Assembly (NCBI GenBank): GCA_032718475.1
Contig: JAUCBJ010001862.1
Coordinates: forward strand, 1-57,550
DNA: 57,550 nt
Direction of reading: 5' to 3'
Origin: Nemertoderma westbladi
Lineage: Eukaryota; Animalia; Xenacoelomorpha
Below, piece by piece: positions 13,864-24,902 of this stretch (positions are counted from its first letter, which is position 1; each line of letters opens with the position of its first letter). A program made the position numbers and the translations under genes. A model generated the notes under the pieces. It was given only the letters and a program-made list of their open reading frames with translations, was not told where the DNA came from and did not search any database.

Positions 13864-14634
13864 GGTTGTCTAAGAAGGACAGAACATTCTCAGCAAGAAT
13901 GACTTTCCTAAAGTATTCACCATCCCATGACTGTCCCTGATATTTGATGACATGCATCATCCTACGAGCTGTAAACATTATAAAAAACCCAGCACACTCT
14001 GGACGGTTAAGCATCTGATGAATGCGGAACTCATCATCAATATCCTCCAATCGCATGGACCAATTTATGTCATTCTGATGGTTTGGTTTACCCACTGTCC
14101 AAACAAAGAACTCCTCACTGCAGGCAACATGCATAAAGTCCACCTCATCCCACAGACAAACAACCACGTTACAAAATGTAAGCCCATCCTCACGGTTTAG
14201 TTCGGTAAACAGCGGACGTTTAACAATGTGAAAGGGTTTACACCCTTGCCTTTGGAGTTCCTTATGGATGGAGCCAATAATTTTCACTTTGCTACGATTA
14301 AGAAGGATTTCTTTTTGGATGGCCCACACTGATTTCTTAGAGCGGCCTGCACAGCACAGTGCACACACAGTAAGAAAATCCTTAGACTCTTGTGATAGAG
14401 AAAATGGTCTTCCAGTTATTTTCACCTTCCCGTAATTTCTGTTGATCTCGATTCCAGTTTCGCTTCAATAAATCTTCACTACCAGGTACGCATTATCTTC
14501 TCCGCGATCCACTTCCTTGATATTTGCACACCATTTGCCACAGAATCACGAGCCTCTCTAAAAGTAACAGCTCTCATCCTGTCAATCATACGTTTTTCTT
14601 CAGAGTCATGGAAGATTGCACTGGAACTTGTCAT
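13864..14634 (-). pseudogene. IS630-Tc1-mariner transposase, 3'-truncated and disrupted
   Basis: N-terminus DSEEKRMIDRMRAVTFREARD, GRP linker, KRPLFTELNREDG, CSEE/NHQND catalytic-domain start; truncated at the piggyBac TTAA. Confidence 0.7.
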
Positions 14635-15273
14635 TTTAATTACTTCTGTTAGGCCTATTTCAGTTAAATTACCAAAGAAACACTAATACCGGTAACTGAA
14701 TACTCTAATATATTGCAATACAGCAAAGGTCACGGCAGAAATAACTGTTTAAACAGGGCTGCAACCTGCAAAGTTGACTATTAACGCTGGATAAATTATA
14801 TTTTATTTAAATGTGATTAAATCAAAAATATTGAAAAGTAAGATAGGTTTAAAGAATAGCCTATAATTTTTGCAGCTGCTGTTGCTGTTCGCTAGAAGTA
14901 TGATCGAATTTTACATGATTGTGACTTAGATTCGTATCAGTATCTTATTCAATATCGATACCGGTACCATCTGGCTGGATACTCAACGAATTCATACTAA
15001 ACTTAGGAAAAATTTGGCAGTGGAAAGACAAATGAGCTGCAACGGAATCGATAGTACTTTTACTATCGATAATAGTAATAATATTTGAATAAACAAATCA
15101 CGAATACATGGCGGTATTAGCCTTTACCAACCTTTAATTATACTTTACGAAAATTCGACTGACACTAACTAGTTACTGTAGCAGGCCTACTGTAATTGTA
15201 GTAGTACAATTAGTTGCTTTATGTTTTGATATTTCCATCATTGTTTAATTATTTATGAATGTTATTTCTGCAG

Positions 15274-15699
15274 AGTTCCCTATAGGCGCGTACGAGTTTA
15301 AGGTGAAAAAATTCGAAAGCAAGAAGTTTGGTCCAAATGCCGCTGAAGACTCGTGTTCACATTCACAAGAAATAAATGTGGAATATGAGCAGAGAGATCG
15401 GAAATTGCGTGTTATGATCGACAAATCGGACTACTGCACACAAACCATTACCACCATATCTCAAGCGGTCGCCAGCACCGATCTCTGTTTTGTTGATCGT
15501 GATGGCAACAGTATACATTTCAATACCTGGAAAGGCCATACTAATTGTGAAAACAATGATAAAATAAAATGTACCGAGAAAGTTGTTGTTGACGACAAGA
15601 ATAAGCTGCCTATTGCGAAATTACAGATTGGGGATACAGGAAATGACGATGAGATCATGTACAGCGAGGCTGTCAGTGACATAGTCTGTCATAAGTTCG
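15274..15699 (+). CDS. host gene A exon: fibrinogen-related domain, copy 2
   Basis: ttctgcag| acceptor, G|GTAAGT donor, 426 nt as in copy 1, near-identical 3' two-thirds. Confidence 0.8.
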
Positions 15700-15748
15700 G
15701 TAAGTTCAGTTATCAGTACCAGGTTAATATTTCCTAGACACCAAAATT

Positions 15749-16595
15749 GGCCCATGTGAAGAATACCAGACTTTTTGCCGTTATATTTCACTTTGCAGTT
15801 ACCACCATGTGAAGAATACCAGGTTTTAACCAAACACAACCGAAGGGCTTAATCTAACCAAAACAATAAATGAATTAGTATATGTACAGGTCATAAGACA
15901 GAAATAAGCACTATAAAACAAATAAAGATAAACTTAATAAAGATAAATTAAAAAAAATAAAAATTCCATATAAAATTCCAATAAAAAGTCGACCGAAAAG
16001 TGAAATCCTGGTATTCTTCACATGGGCGGTATAATTCTACTAATTTTCATTTTTTCGCTACATGATTTACTACTGTAATAAATAGAGACGATTCTGGCAA
16101 TGGCTTAGTTTGCTGGTGTACTATGATTATTCTCAAAAAAAACAAAACTGTAGTGTGGATTACAAACATATTATCCTTATTATAAGCAGATAGACTTGGT
16201 AAAGGGAAACAAATTAAAATGGTAACCACAATCATAAAATCTTGTTAACTACAGTACAGTAGATACAATTTCACATTATTTAACAAAAATATAAATTTTG
16301 GCGCCCATGTGAAGAATACCAGGATTTCACTTTTCGGTCGACTTTTTATTGGAATTTTATATATGAAGATTTTTCATTTTTTTTTAATTTATCTTTATTA
16401 AGTGTTTTATAGCGCTTATTTCGGTCGTATAACCTGTACATCTACTAATTCGTTTATTGTTTTGGTTAGATTCAGCCCTTCTGTAACCTGTGTTTTTGGT
16501 GAAAACCTGGTATTCTTCACATTATATTCTTCACGTTATATTTCACTGCGAAGTGAAATATAACGGCAGAAAGTCTGGTATTCTTCACATGGGCC
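15749..16595. mobile_element. foldback MITE with ~280-bp inverted arms
   Basis: GGCCCATGTGAAGAATACCAG at 15749 and its reverse complement ending at 16595; inner arm ends near 16028 and 16302. Confidence 0.85.
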
Positions 16596-16959
16596 GGTTA
16601 TTGAAAGGTAGATTAAGTTTATAATAAAAAGAGAAAGTTTTTTAAATAAATCATGTCAACAAATCATTAATCATAATTCTGGCTTTTAATTAGCATCAGT
16701 TTATCCTATTGTCAATTTGTTTTCCTTGATATTTATTTACTAATGAATCGAAACGTCAGCTGTATTTATTCTCATTACAATAAAGGCATAAATTATAGTA
16801 AAATATTAATCATTTCAATTTTAATTAGTCAAGCGAGTAAAGTAAAAAACCTTATTTAGGCATGTTAAGCAGTAGGTTCCACAATTTAATAAGCAATCAA
16901 GACCTAGACAGTTGCATGCAATCAGGTATCAGCTAATCATAACAATGATGGTGATGTCG

Positions 16960-17914
16960 ATTATGTCCGTTTTCGAAGTTGGAGACAACACTGGTGAATG
17001 TTTGCCTTGCGTGAATTACTGGAGTTTTTCAATTGATTGGTCCAGGTGCACTCAAGTGACTGCTCCAGAAGTCGAGGAAATCCTGCCATAGTACCTAACT
17101 GATCTAGACTTTGCTGATGACTTAGGGGTACTCTCAGAATCACTAGAGGGAGCCCAACGGCTCCTCAGCTCATTAGAACATGCTGCTTCTAGTGTTAGTC
17201 TTTTTATTAACTCCAGAAAGACCAAAATTTTGACAGTATATATATATATGAGCATAAGCTCAAAAGATGGTATGCTTGAGCATGTGGATGACTTCTGTTA
17301 CCTGGGATCATGGATCCGGAAGTCAGGTGAGGACCTTCGAATACGTAAGGGAAAGGCATGGGCAGCCTTGAATAGGCTTTCCAGGATTTGGAAGTCACCG
17401 AGAATTAATCGGAAACTGAAGGTCCGATTATTTAGAGCAGCAGTAGTTCCAGAACTCCTCTATGGGAGTCCATGATGGGCTCTAACTGCTGAGGACACCA
17501 AATCTCTGGATGGCACATTCACAAGAATGCTACGCCGGGTTCGTTGTGTCAAGTACAATGCACACATCTCCAACGAGACACTATATAACATTGGAGGTGT
17601 CTCATTGGTTCCCCAAAGCTTGACACTAGAACAAAATCGCCTCCGCTTTGCAGGACATTGCTTTCGCCGTGAGGACCAGCAGGTGCATAATCTTGTACTT
17701 TGGCAGCCTCATGGAGTGAATAAGCATGGTGGACAGCCCATGACTTTCTTGAGACGCATCTTAAAGGACAATGGCCTTGAAGATGCGGATGATCTAGCAA
17801 ATGTCATGTGTGATAGGGAGTTGTGGCGGTGCAATTTTGTCGATAAGCCGGCACAGCATTCCTAAAAATGCAGCTGCAATGCAGCATGCCGATCCTAGTA
17901 GTAGTAGTAGTAGT
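16960..17914 (+). mobile_element. 5'-truncated RTE LINE (second family)
   Basis: DLDFADDL, FCYLGSWI, RLRFAGHCFRR; (TAG)n tail 17896-17914; same family as 43563-43985. Confidence 0.9.
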
Positions 17915-18009
17915 AAGCGACTGCTCTTGGTTCACAACTACAGGACCTCATTAGACAATCACTGCGCATTGATATCGATGATCATCCTAATCGATGATCT
18001 TCCTCCTAA

Positions 18010-18180
18010 TGCTTATGCCTCCGATCATTTAACCCCTTTCCATTCATCCCTCCTTCGCTCCGCTACCTCGCTAAAGAAAAAGCGAATTGTCCATGCGGCC
18101 TTCTCGTACAATGGCAACATATTCGTTCTCCTTGGAAGAGATTCCGACCCTATTCCGATCATCGACCACAGTTATATCGA
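18010..18180 (+). pseudogene. LINE ORF1 C-terminal remnant
   Basis: SDHLTPFHSSLLRSATSLKKKRIVHAAFSYNGNIFV resembles CR1/L2-group ORF1 C-termini. Confidence 0.55.
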
Positions 18181-18688
18181 TGGTATCGAGTCCAACCCCA
18201 AACCTAACAGTGATGTCCTACATGGACACAATCTGCAGAAAGACAGATATTAACCTCGCAACTCCACGGATCGCACCACCAGATACCGATACCAAGGTAA
18301 TCTACGTGATCTATCATCTCGTTCTGCCACAGATTAAGCTGGCACAACTTGAAATTCGTGACAATCAAACTGCTTTTTTACCAAAGTTTCCAAGCATCTG
18401 GATGACATGGATATTGCTGTATGTTTACATCGAAAACCAATTCCAATGCAGCACGCATCAGCACTCAACAGGAAGAGAGTATCTTTCTGCTTGAAGCTCT
18501 TGGCAACAAAATCAACTTCAATGAACAGATTGACCGCCAATTTCACTCACAAAATCTCGTCATCTTCGACTAAGTAAGGATCCCAGTCTCAATGGTGCCA
18601 CTACTGACAAGGAGAAGATCTTTTGAGTTATGAGTGTTTCGATCCCGGATTATCAGACATCCTGTCTAAGGCGCTAATGTACTGTACA

Positions 18689-18929
18689 AGCAAGCAAACA
18701 GTCGGCCGAAGCCGGAGGCGACCCGAAGGCTCCTCTTTCGATGGCTGCTACCCGAGGGTAGGGGTGGGCGCTACTCCTATCCCAAGATTTGCTCCCAGTT
18801 ATTTAACTGGTACTCATTTTATCGACCCCAGTGGATGAAAGGCTGAGTGGACCCTGGCGGGGCTGAACCTACAACCATTAGATTGCAGGCCCGGCGCTCA
18901 ACCAACTGAGCTACCCCGCCTTAATGCCT
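18689..18929 (-). mobile_element. tRNA-derived SINE with Meta-like core
   Basis: A box TAGCTCAGTTGG, degenerate B box, core ACTCAGCCTTTCATCC...GGTCGATAAAATGAGTACCAG; 14-bp TSD TAATGTACTGTACA (18675-18688, 18930-18943). Confidence 0.85.
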
Positions 18930-19666
18930 TAATGTACTGTACACGCCAGATATTGCTTACCCTGAGTAAGAATGCACCAAAGCAAAGTGAAATTCTCCCA
19001 AAGCAAGCTCGGTCAAAGCAAGCTCTGTAAAAGCAAGCTTGGTCGAAGAAATTTAGAAAGTTTACATTAAAAGCGATATCCAACCAGGGCTGCGAAAAGA
19101 ATATGCTCGTCTCCGAGAGATCGAACGAAACCTCTGAGAAGAGCAAACCCGAGAACTTTGGTCACAAATTATATTCGGATTTAAAGACAAGGTCTTCTAC
19201 AGGGACAATTTTGTCATCGCATGTTTCAACCCGGTTTTTTAAATAGACACCATTCGCACCCAGTTTTTAATGAACTACATATTTGTTCTTGGAATTCTGC
19301 TGCAATTCTGAAGTTACTGGACACCAAGGCAGTGTAGCAATTCTGGTTGCTAGCCATTTTTATCAAACTCTGTCAACCATGTGCTGTGCAGTATTGCCAT
19401 GAGCTGATCTGGATTGGTTTTCAGCACTTTCCAACTATTCTATTAGGCACTGTACCACCTACATACTCCACAAGACTCATGCTACAATGATCCTACAATA
19501 TTGCTAATATCCAGGCTTCTATACTGAGTTACACTGACTGTCCCGATATGCAGTTCATCTTGATTGGTGATTTAAATGCGAGACTAGGTGACTTATCTAT
19601 AAATAAAGTTATTTAGCCAATATTTCAACCAATATTCCATACCAGAGGATGTAGGAAGCAATGTTA

Positions 19667-19974
19667 AGGCCCGTTCACATCCAACGGAATGGTACACCGC
19701 ATGGTGTGCCGCAGGGCCATCGGTACACCGCTGACTGTGAACGACCCAACAGGTAGTTGTGCGCTAAACCGCGCGGTTTACCGCAGCCCATTTAAACAAT
19801 GTTAAAACAATTAATGTAATTTCCTGTTGAATTCACAGTCAACAGATAAGACAATCAGTTACTGCAACGGTAATGTTGGGTGTGAACAGGCTCCGGTTAG
19901 TGTACCGCTGGCTTACCGCTTCAATAACCGCTAGACTACTTTACCATTCACCACCGTTGGATGTGAATGGGACT
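19667..19974. mobile_element. PIF/Harbinger-type MITE
   Basis: TIRs AGGCCCGTTCACATCCAACGG / AGTCCCATTCACATCCAACGG with TTA TSD; lies next to a LINE APE remnant (FILIGDLNARLG near 19555-19590). Confidence 0.85.
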
Positions 19975-20199
19975 TTAGCCAGGAGATGGTGTAACAACCC
20001 ATCTCAGGGGAATGGGGCTAGCTAACACAGGGCAAAGGGGACATGGGATCATAGGAGTGGAATATAAGCCGACCAATGGGAGGGCCACAGCTGGTGGTTA
20101 CAAGATGTATCATAATGTACCATAACATATATTTAATTCGCCATCACCCACCCCACAATCTGGCGGGCATCCAAATCAGCTAAATTACGTTATGATGCG

Positions 20200-20722
20200 A
20201 ATGCACGTGGAACAAAGGTCTTGGTACAGAATCCAAGATCCAAACGATGGTCGAGAGTTGGAATAGTGATAGATCGTGGAGAGAAACGTGATTATCATAT
20301 CAAGTTTCCATCCGGCCGAGTCCTGCGGCATAATCGCCGATTATTGCGTCCCCAGAAGGATAATTCTGAAATAATAACTCCATACATTGCAATACAAACT
20401 TTGGGACCACTCCAAAAAAATAAAGTCCCTAAATCAATTCTTCGGCGGAGTGTCAGAGCAAGAAAACCTGTCGTGCGTTTTTCTATTTGAAATAATTATT
20501 AATAATATCAACAATTTTTTTTTTAATAAAAAAAAATTTTTTAAAAAGGGAGATGATGGGTTATGGTTTGTACTGTAGAGGGATCTAAGTCGTACTATAT
20601 ACTTCATGTTACTGGTGTGTACTGTTTTAGGTAGATACGGTTTGTGCTGTTACGTTTGTGCTGTTTAGTTATCAGTCAGGACCTGAGTTCGTATTAATAG
20701 AATCCTGTAAACAGTTTGTTAC
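20200..20722 (+). mobile_element. Ty3/gypsy pol 3' end, PPT and LTR remnant
   Basis: VQNPRSKRW..G....RDYHIKFPSGRVLRHNRRLLRP integrase tail; PPT AAAAAGGGAGA then TG at 20554. Confidence 0.65.
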
Positions 20723-20744
20723 ACGAAGTTGGGACTTCGCGCAG

Positions 20745-21215
20745 CACGAAGTTGGCAGAGCCTTAGCGAATTGACACTGTTAGGGGGTAGGTCAATTTAT
20801 GCAAATAGTCACGTTGGCCCTCTAGCGGCAGACTGGAGAACTGCAGATGGATTCGCCTCCTTTGAAAGTCACAGCTAATGGTCTAATACATATCTGCCAA
20901 GTTTCAGCTTAAACGGATTAAAAGCAAAGAAATGGGAGGGCATTTAATGTTTAGACATGTGGCCCTCTAGCGGGAGACCATTGCACTGATGGTGTCTGAA
21001 AGTCTCTCAAAAATCTCAACTTTTGCTCATATTGATACCTACAAATTTTCAACTTGGCAGCTTTAAATCCGACAAAGTTATTAGCATGTCAAAATTGTAA
21101 CGACGACGACAACGACGACGACGACAACGACGACGACGACGACGACGACAACTATTTGCATAAATTGACCCACCCCCTAACAGTGTCAATTCGCTAAGGC
21201 TCCGCCAACTTCGTG
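20745..21215. mobile_element. non-autonomous element with ~63-bp inverted repeats and (GAC)n microsatellite
   Basis: CACGAAGTTGGC...TTTATGCAAATAGT and its reverse complement at 21151-21215; internal GCCCTCTAGCGGCAGAC shared with the 49.7-55.3 kb repeat. Confidence 0.75.
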
Positions 21216-21399
21216 GCTCGCCCCACAATTGATCATTTTACAATATGGCTGGTATGCAACAACACAACAAGATGTAGGACTGTGTAATACATTCCTCCTA
21301 ATTTTCCACATATATACTGTCATCATGTGACGACTGGTTCAGTTGGCAATTTTATTGATGTAGTAGTTACATAGTTTTCCACCGTCACCCGCTATAAAA

Positions 21400-21597
21400 G
21401 TAAATTTTCTTCGGCCGCTAGGCCAGGGATTACGCGTACTCATTTAGCTACCACTTAAGGATGCAAGGCAGAGAGAGATGCGCCCTGGCTGGTCCCTTTA
21501 AAGCATTCGTGCCGAAACGAAAACTGCCCTGGCCCATGTGAGGATCGAACCCACGACCTACGGGAGATGTGAATTCAATGCGACCACTACACCAAGG
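21400..21597 (-). mobile_element. tRNA-derived SINE
   Basis: A box TGGTGTAGTGG, B box GGTTCGATCC; partial second copy at 55383-55450. Confidence 0.75.
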
Positions 21598-21730
21598 TGG
21601 AACCCTTGGAACCGCTATATTATACTGTTATACCAATTGTGCTGTGTTATCTACTTATTAATATCAGAGGCTCAATATCAAACATCACGTAATAAATAAG
21701 ATTCTCTTTTATTCCATCTGGCACCACCAG

Positions 21731-21838
21731 CCCCAGTTATTAACAACGCGGCAACGCGTAGGAAACGTGAAGCTACAACTAGAGATTTACCCAGTTGGGA
21801 TACCATTGACAACTCGGATCCTGTCACAGACCATCCAT
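21731..21838 (+). CDS. candidate linker exon of gene A with RRKR site
   Basis: pyrimidine tract...CAG| acceptor, open phase 1-1 frame PVINNAATRRKREATTRDLPSWDTIDNSDPVTDHP, weak donor T|GTCAGT. Confidence 0.3.
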
Positions 21839-22116
21839 GTCAGTAACATAGTACAAGGAGTATGCTTATACAGCATTCTTCCGCCCGTTGTGCTACCGGT
21901 AGGTGTCTGTGCTGGTTCATGTAGACTTAGAAATCAGACATTATTATATGGTAGTATAATTATACCTATTTATTTTCATTCACTGCGTGCCACATGCACG
22001 CAACACAATCACTTTTCATATATTTGGGGTAATGGCCCCCTAAATGTTATTCCATCATGGGTTTTACGGTAATGATTTTATTACACGTTTGTACGTTTAT
22101 AATTTTATTCCTAAAG

Positions 22117-22523
22117 ATACGGTCACTATAAAGACAGAATTTGTAAGCGAGAAGTTGGGACCACATGGACCTGAAGATACGTGTAAACATGACATACCGG
22201 TGAATTACGAGATGAGTGATGCAGAAGTACGCGATATTATAGACAAGTCTTACAGCTGCACCCAAACCATTACAACCTCAACTGTAGAAGTCCTCATTGA
22301 CCGTATGAATTGTTTTGCTGATCGCAATGGCGTCCAGGTTGATTTTGATGACTACGACACTGCACACTGCAGCAACAGTGGTTCCAAATGTCTCACTACC
22401 ATTGTTGTTGAAGACAAGTGGTTGCTACCTATTACGAAATTAATGGTTGGGGACACGGGTGACGCCGGCGAGATGTTCTACGACGAGACTGTCAGTGACA
22501 TAGTCTGCAAAGTAGCAAGTTAG
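22117..22523 (+). CDS. host gene A exon: fibrinogen-related domain, copy 3 (probably terminal)
   Basis: cctaaag| phase-1 acceptor; IIDKSYSCTQTI, FADRNG, DKWLLPITKLMVGDTG; TAG at 22521. Confidence 0.75.
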
Positions 22524-23006
22524 TTTGTTTAATATCGCATGTTCAATTTCATTGAGATTCTTAAAGTAGTTATTAAGTAAGATTGTTTAGAATTAAATAA
22601 AATTGTAATTAGTAAGTTCTTTGACCCCAGCGAAGGTCCTGTACATTGTACAACCCGTTATCGAGTACCATTTAACCCAATAGGAACGCCAATCCTGCAT
22701 GATAGATAATGAATAAATAATTAAATTTAGAACGGATCCGCTAAATTAGATTACATATTATATTATTAAATCAAGTTGAAATTCTTGATTCTTGACAAGT
22801 CAAATTATATTAAATCAGATTACATATATTGTAAATTACATGTTAAATAACGAGATGCGGGAACTAAAGACTGGAAAATTACCTTAGAAGTTTGAAGAAA
22901 GTAACGACTCGTTTGCATCAGCAGGAACTAAAGAAGCGGGAAATGTCTTCCTGGCCTCTAGTATTTATTACATATACTAATTACAGTAAGTCGCTAGGCG
23001 GGCAGT

Positions 23007-23193
23007 AATGTCTCGCGCGCACTAATGTCTCGCGGGCACTAACGTCTCGCGGGCACTAACGTCTCGCGGGCACTAACATCCCATGGGACATTAGTGCCCG
23101 CGATAATGCGACTAAGTGACCGCGGGCACTAAAAGTACTGAGACATTAGTGCCCGCGGGCTCTAATGTCTCGCGGGCACTAACGTCCCAAGAC
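23007..23193. repeat. 17-bp direct and inverted unit cluster (MITE-like)
   Basis: TAAYGTCTCGCGGGCAC units and reverse-complement GACATTAGTGCCCGCG units. Confidence 0.7.
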
Positions 23194-23279
23194 CATTGGA
23201 AATTACCTATGGTAAGCACAAAGTATCTAAATCACATTGTAGACTTTCACGTTCGCTACTACTGTACGTACACTTAAAA

Positions 23280-23585
23280 TAACATAGTATCATTGGCATA
23301 TAAACGAGCACTAGTTGATTGAATAAAAATGCCAGGCAAATCGTTTACAAATAACATAAACAACAAAGGCCTTAAACAAGAGCCCTGCGGTACACCGGAC
23401 TTTACAGGCCTAGTAGGACATAGTACAGGCAGTTTGAGTAACTATTTCCTATTTTTACATGTTGTATACAGTATACGGTCGACCAGAAAATTTGTCAACC
23501 ATAGGAGAATATCACTGTTACATACGAAACTTTCCAGCTTAGCCAGCTTTGAAGTTACAACAGAATCGAACGCTTTCGCGTAATC
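23280..23585 (-). pseudogene. CR1-type RT fragment
   Basis: AKAFDSV, SGVPQGSCLRPLLFMLFVNDLP, LYANDT on the minus strand. Confidence 0.75.
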
Positions 23586-23649
23586 TATATACAGTACTGT
23601 ATATAGATATAGGTATATGTATTACTTAGATTTAATTACTTAGATTTAA

Positions 23650-24597
23650 CTATATTTTTTGATGACAATGGAATACTTCAAACAAAAATATACCACAAAC
23701 CAACAGACGTCCATCAATATATCAATCAATATATATGTCCGCACTCAGCCCATCCGCACAGTCAACTTAAACACGTTCCATATGGGGTTGCCCTACGATT
23801 GAGGCGTAACAATTCACGAATGGAGGATTTAATGCAAGCACTTTATGAATATGGAGCAGCATTCATTGCTAGGGGTTGGAGAATGGCCGATGTTACTACA
23901 CAATTTGCAGCGGCAGCTATTCAGACACAGTTAGAATCTCTACAAAATGATAAAAAACGAAATAAAAGTAAATATACCATATTTTATGTTAGTAACACTG
24001 AACCTATATTAGGATCAATACAAAAGATAGTAGACAAACATACACCTATTCTAAGAACAGACATCAGGACCAAGCAACTCATTGACTCTTATAAAATAGT
24101 AAATATTAACCGTAGGGCCCCTACGCTAAAGGGAATTTTAGTTCCATCCAGTTTAACATCAAAGCAGAAGAACCAGGCAAATACAACACATGCTGGATCT
24201 AAAAAATGTACAAGACAGAAATGTATACCATGTGAAGCGATAAAACCAACAAAACAATTCGGATTAACCTCGACCCGTTTGAAAACTAAATATGAAATTA
24301 AACAGCGCCTTACCTGTGATGACAAAGATATAATATATTTAGCAAAATGTAAAATATGTAACTTACAAGGAATCGGATCAACAGAAACATTTAAACCAAG
24401 GCTATCACAATATAAGTGTAATATAAAGAATCATAAGCCACAAACGACTATAGAGAAACATTTTTGTAAAAATGAAAACCATGATATTTCGCATTTCGAA
24501 ATAACACCCATTGAAAAGGTTCATTACAAAGGCAGGGGAAAGAAAGATCAGCGACGGGAGATCCGTACAAGGGAAGGATACTGGCAGTGCACCTTAA
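23650..24597 (+). mobile_element. Penelope-like element (RT thumb + GIY-YIG endonuclease), 5' part; continues at 42202
   Basis: KPTDVHQY, SAHP, IIYLAKCKIC..QGIGST, HF...H, REGYWQCTL; resumes as LRTIKPFGLN after the piggyBac. Confidence 0.9.
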
Positions 24598-24902
24598 AAC
24601 CTTCTAAGGACCAGACCCATTTCACATTAATATATCACAATTCCTTTCATAGGGCAGGCTCATATAGTCAAAATTAAGAAAAATTGTGAATTTCATGAAA
24701 ATCCATTCAGCCATTGGCCTATAAAGGGCATGTTCCCATTTGGGAACAGTGGGCGCTAAAGCACTAAGAATTTACAAAATTTCCATATTATTGAATACTC
24801 AAATTATTTCATCTATATTGAACCAATTACTGCTTAGTAGTATATACTAATGCATTATAAAACTTCCAATAACATAAATAGCGCCCTTACAACAATATTT
24901 AT

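Noticed and set aside
18850-18922. tRNA genes (also near 21520-21597)
   Set aside because: Degenerate cloverleaves followed by SINE bodies; the first has a TSD
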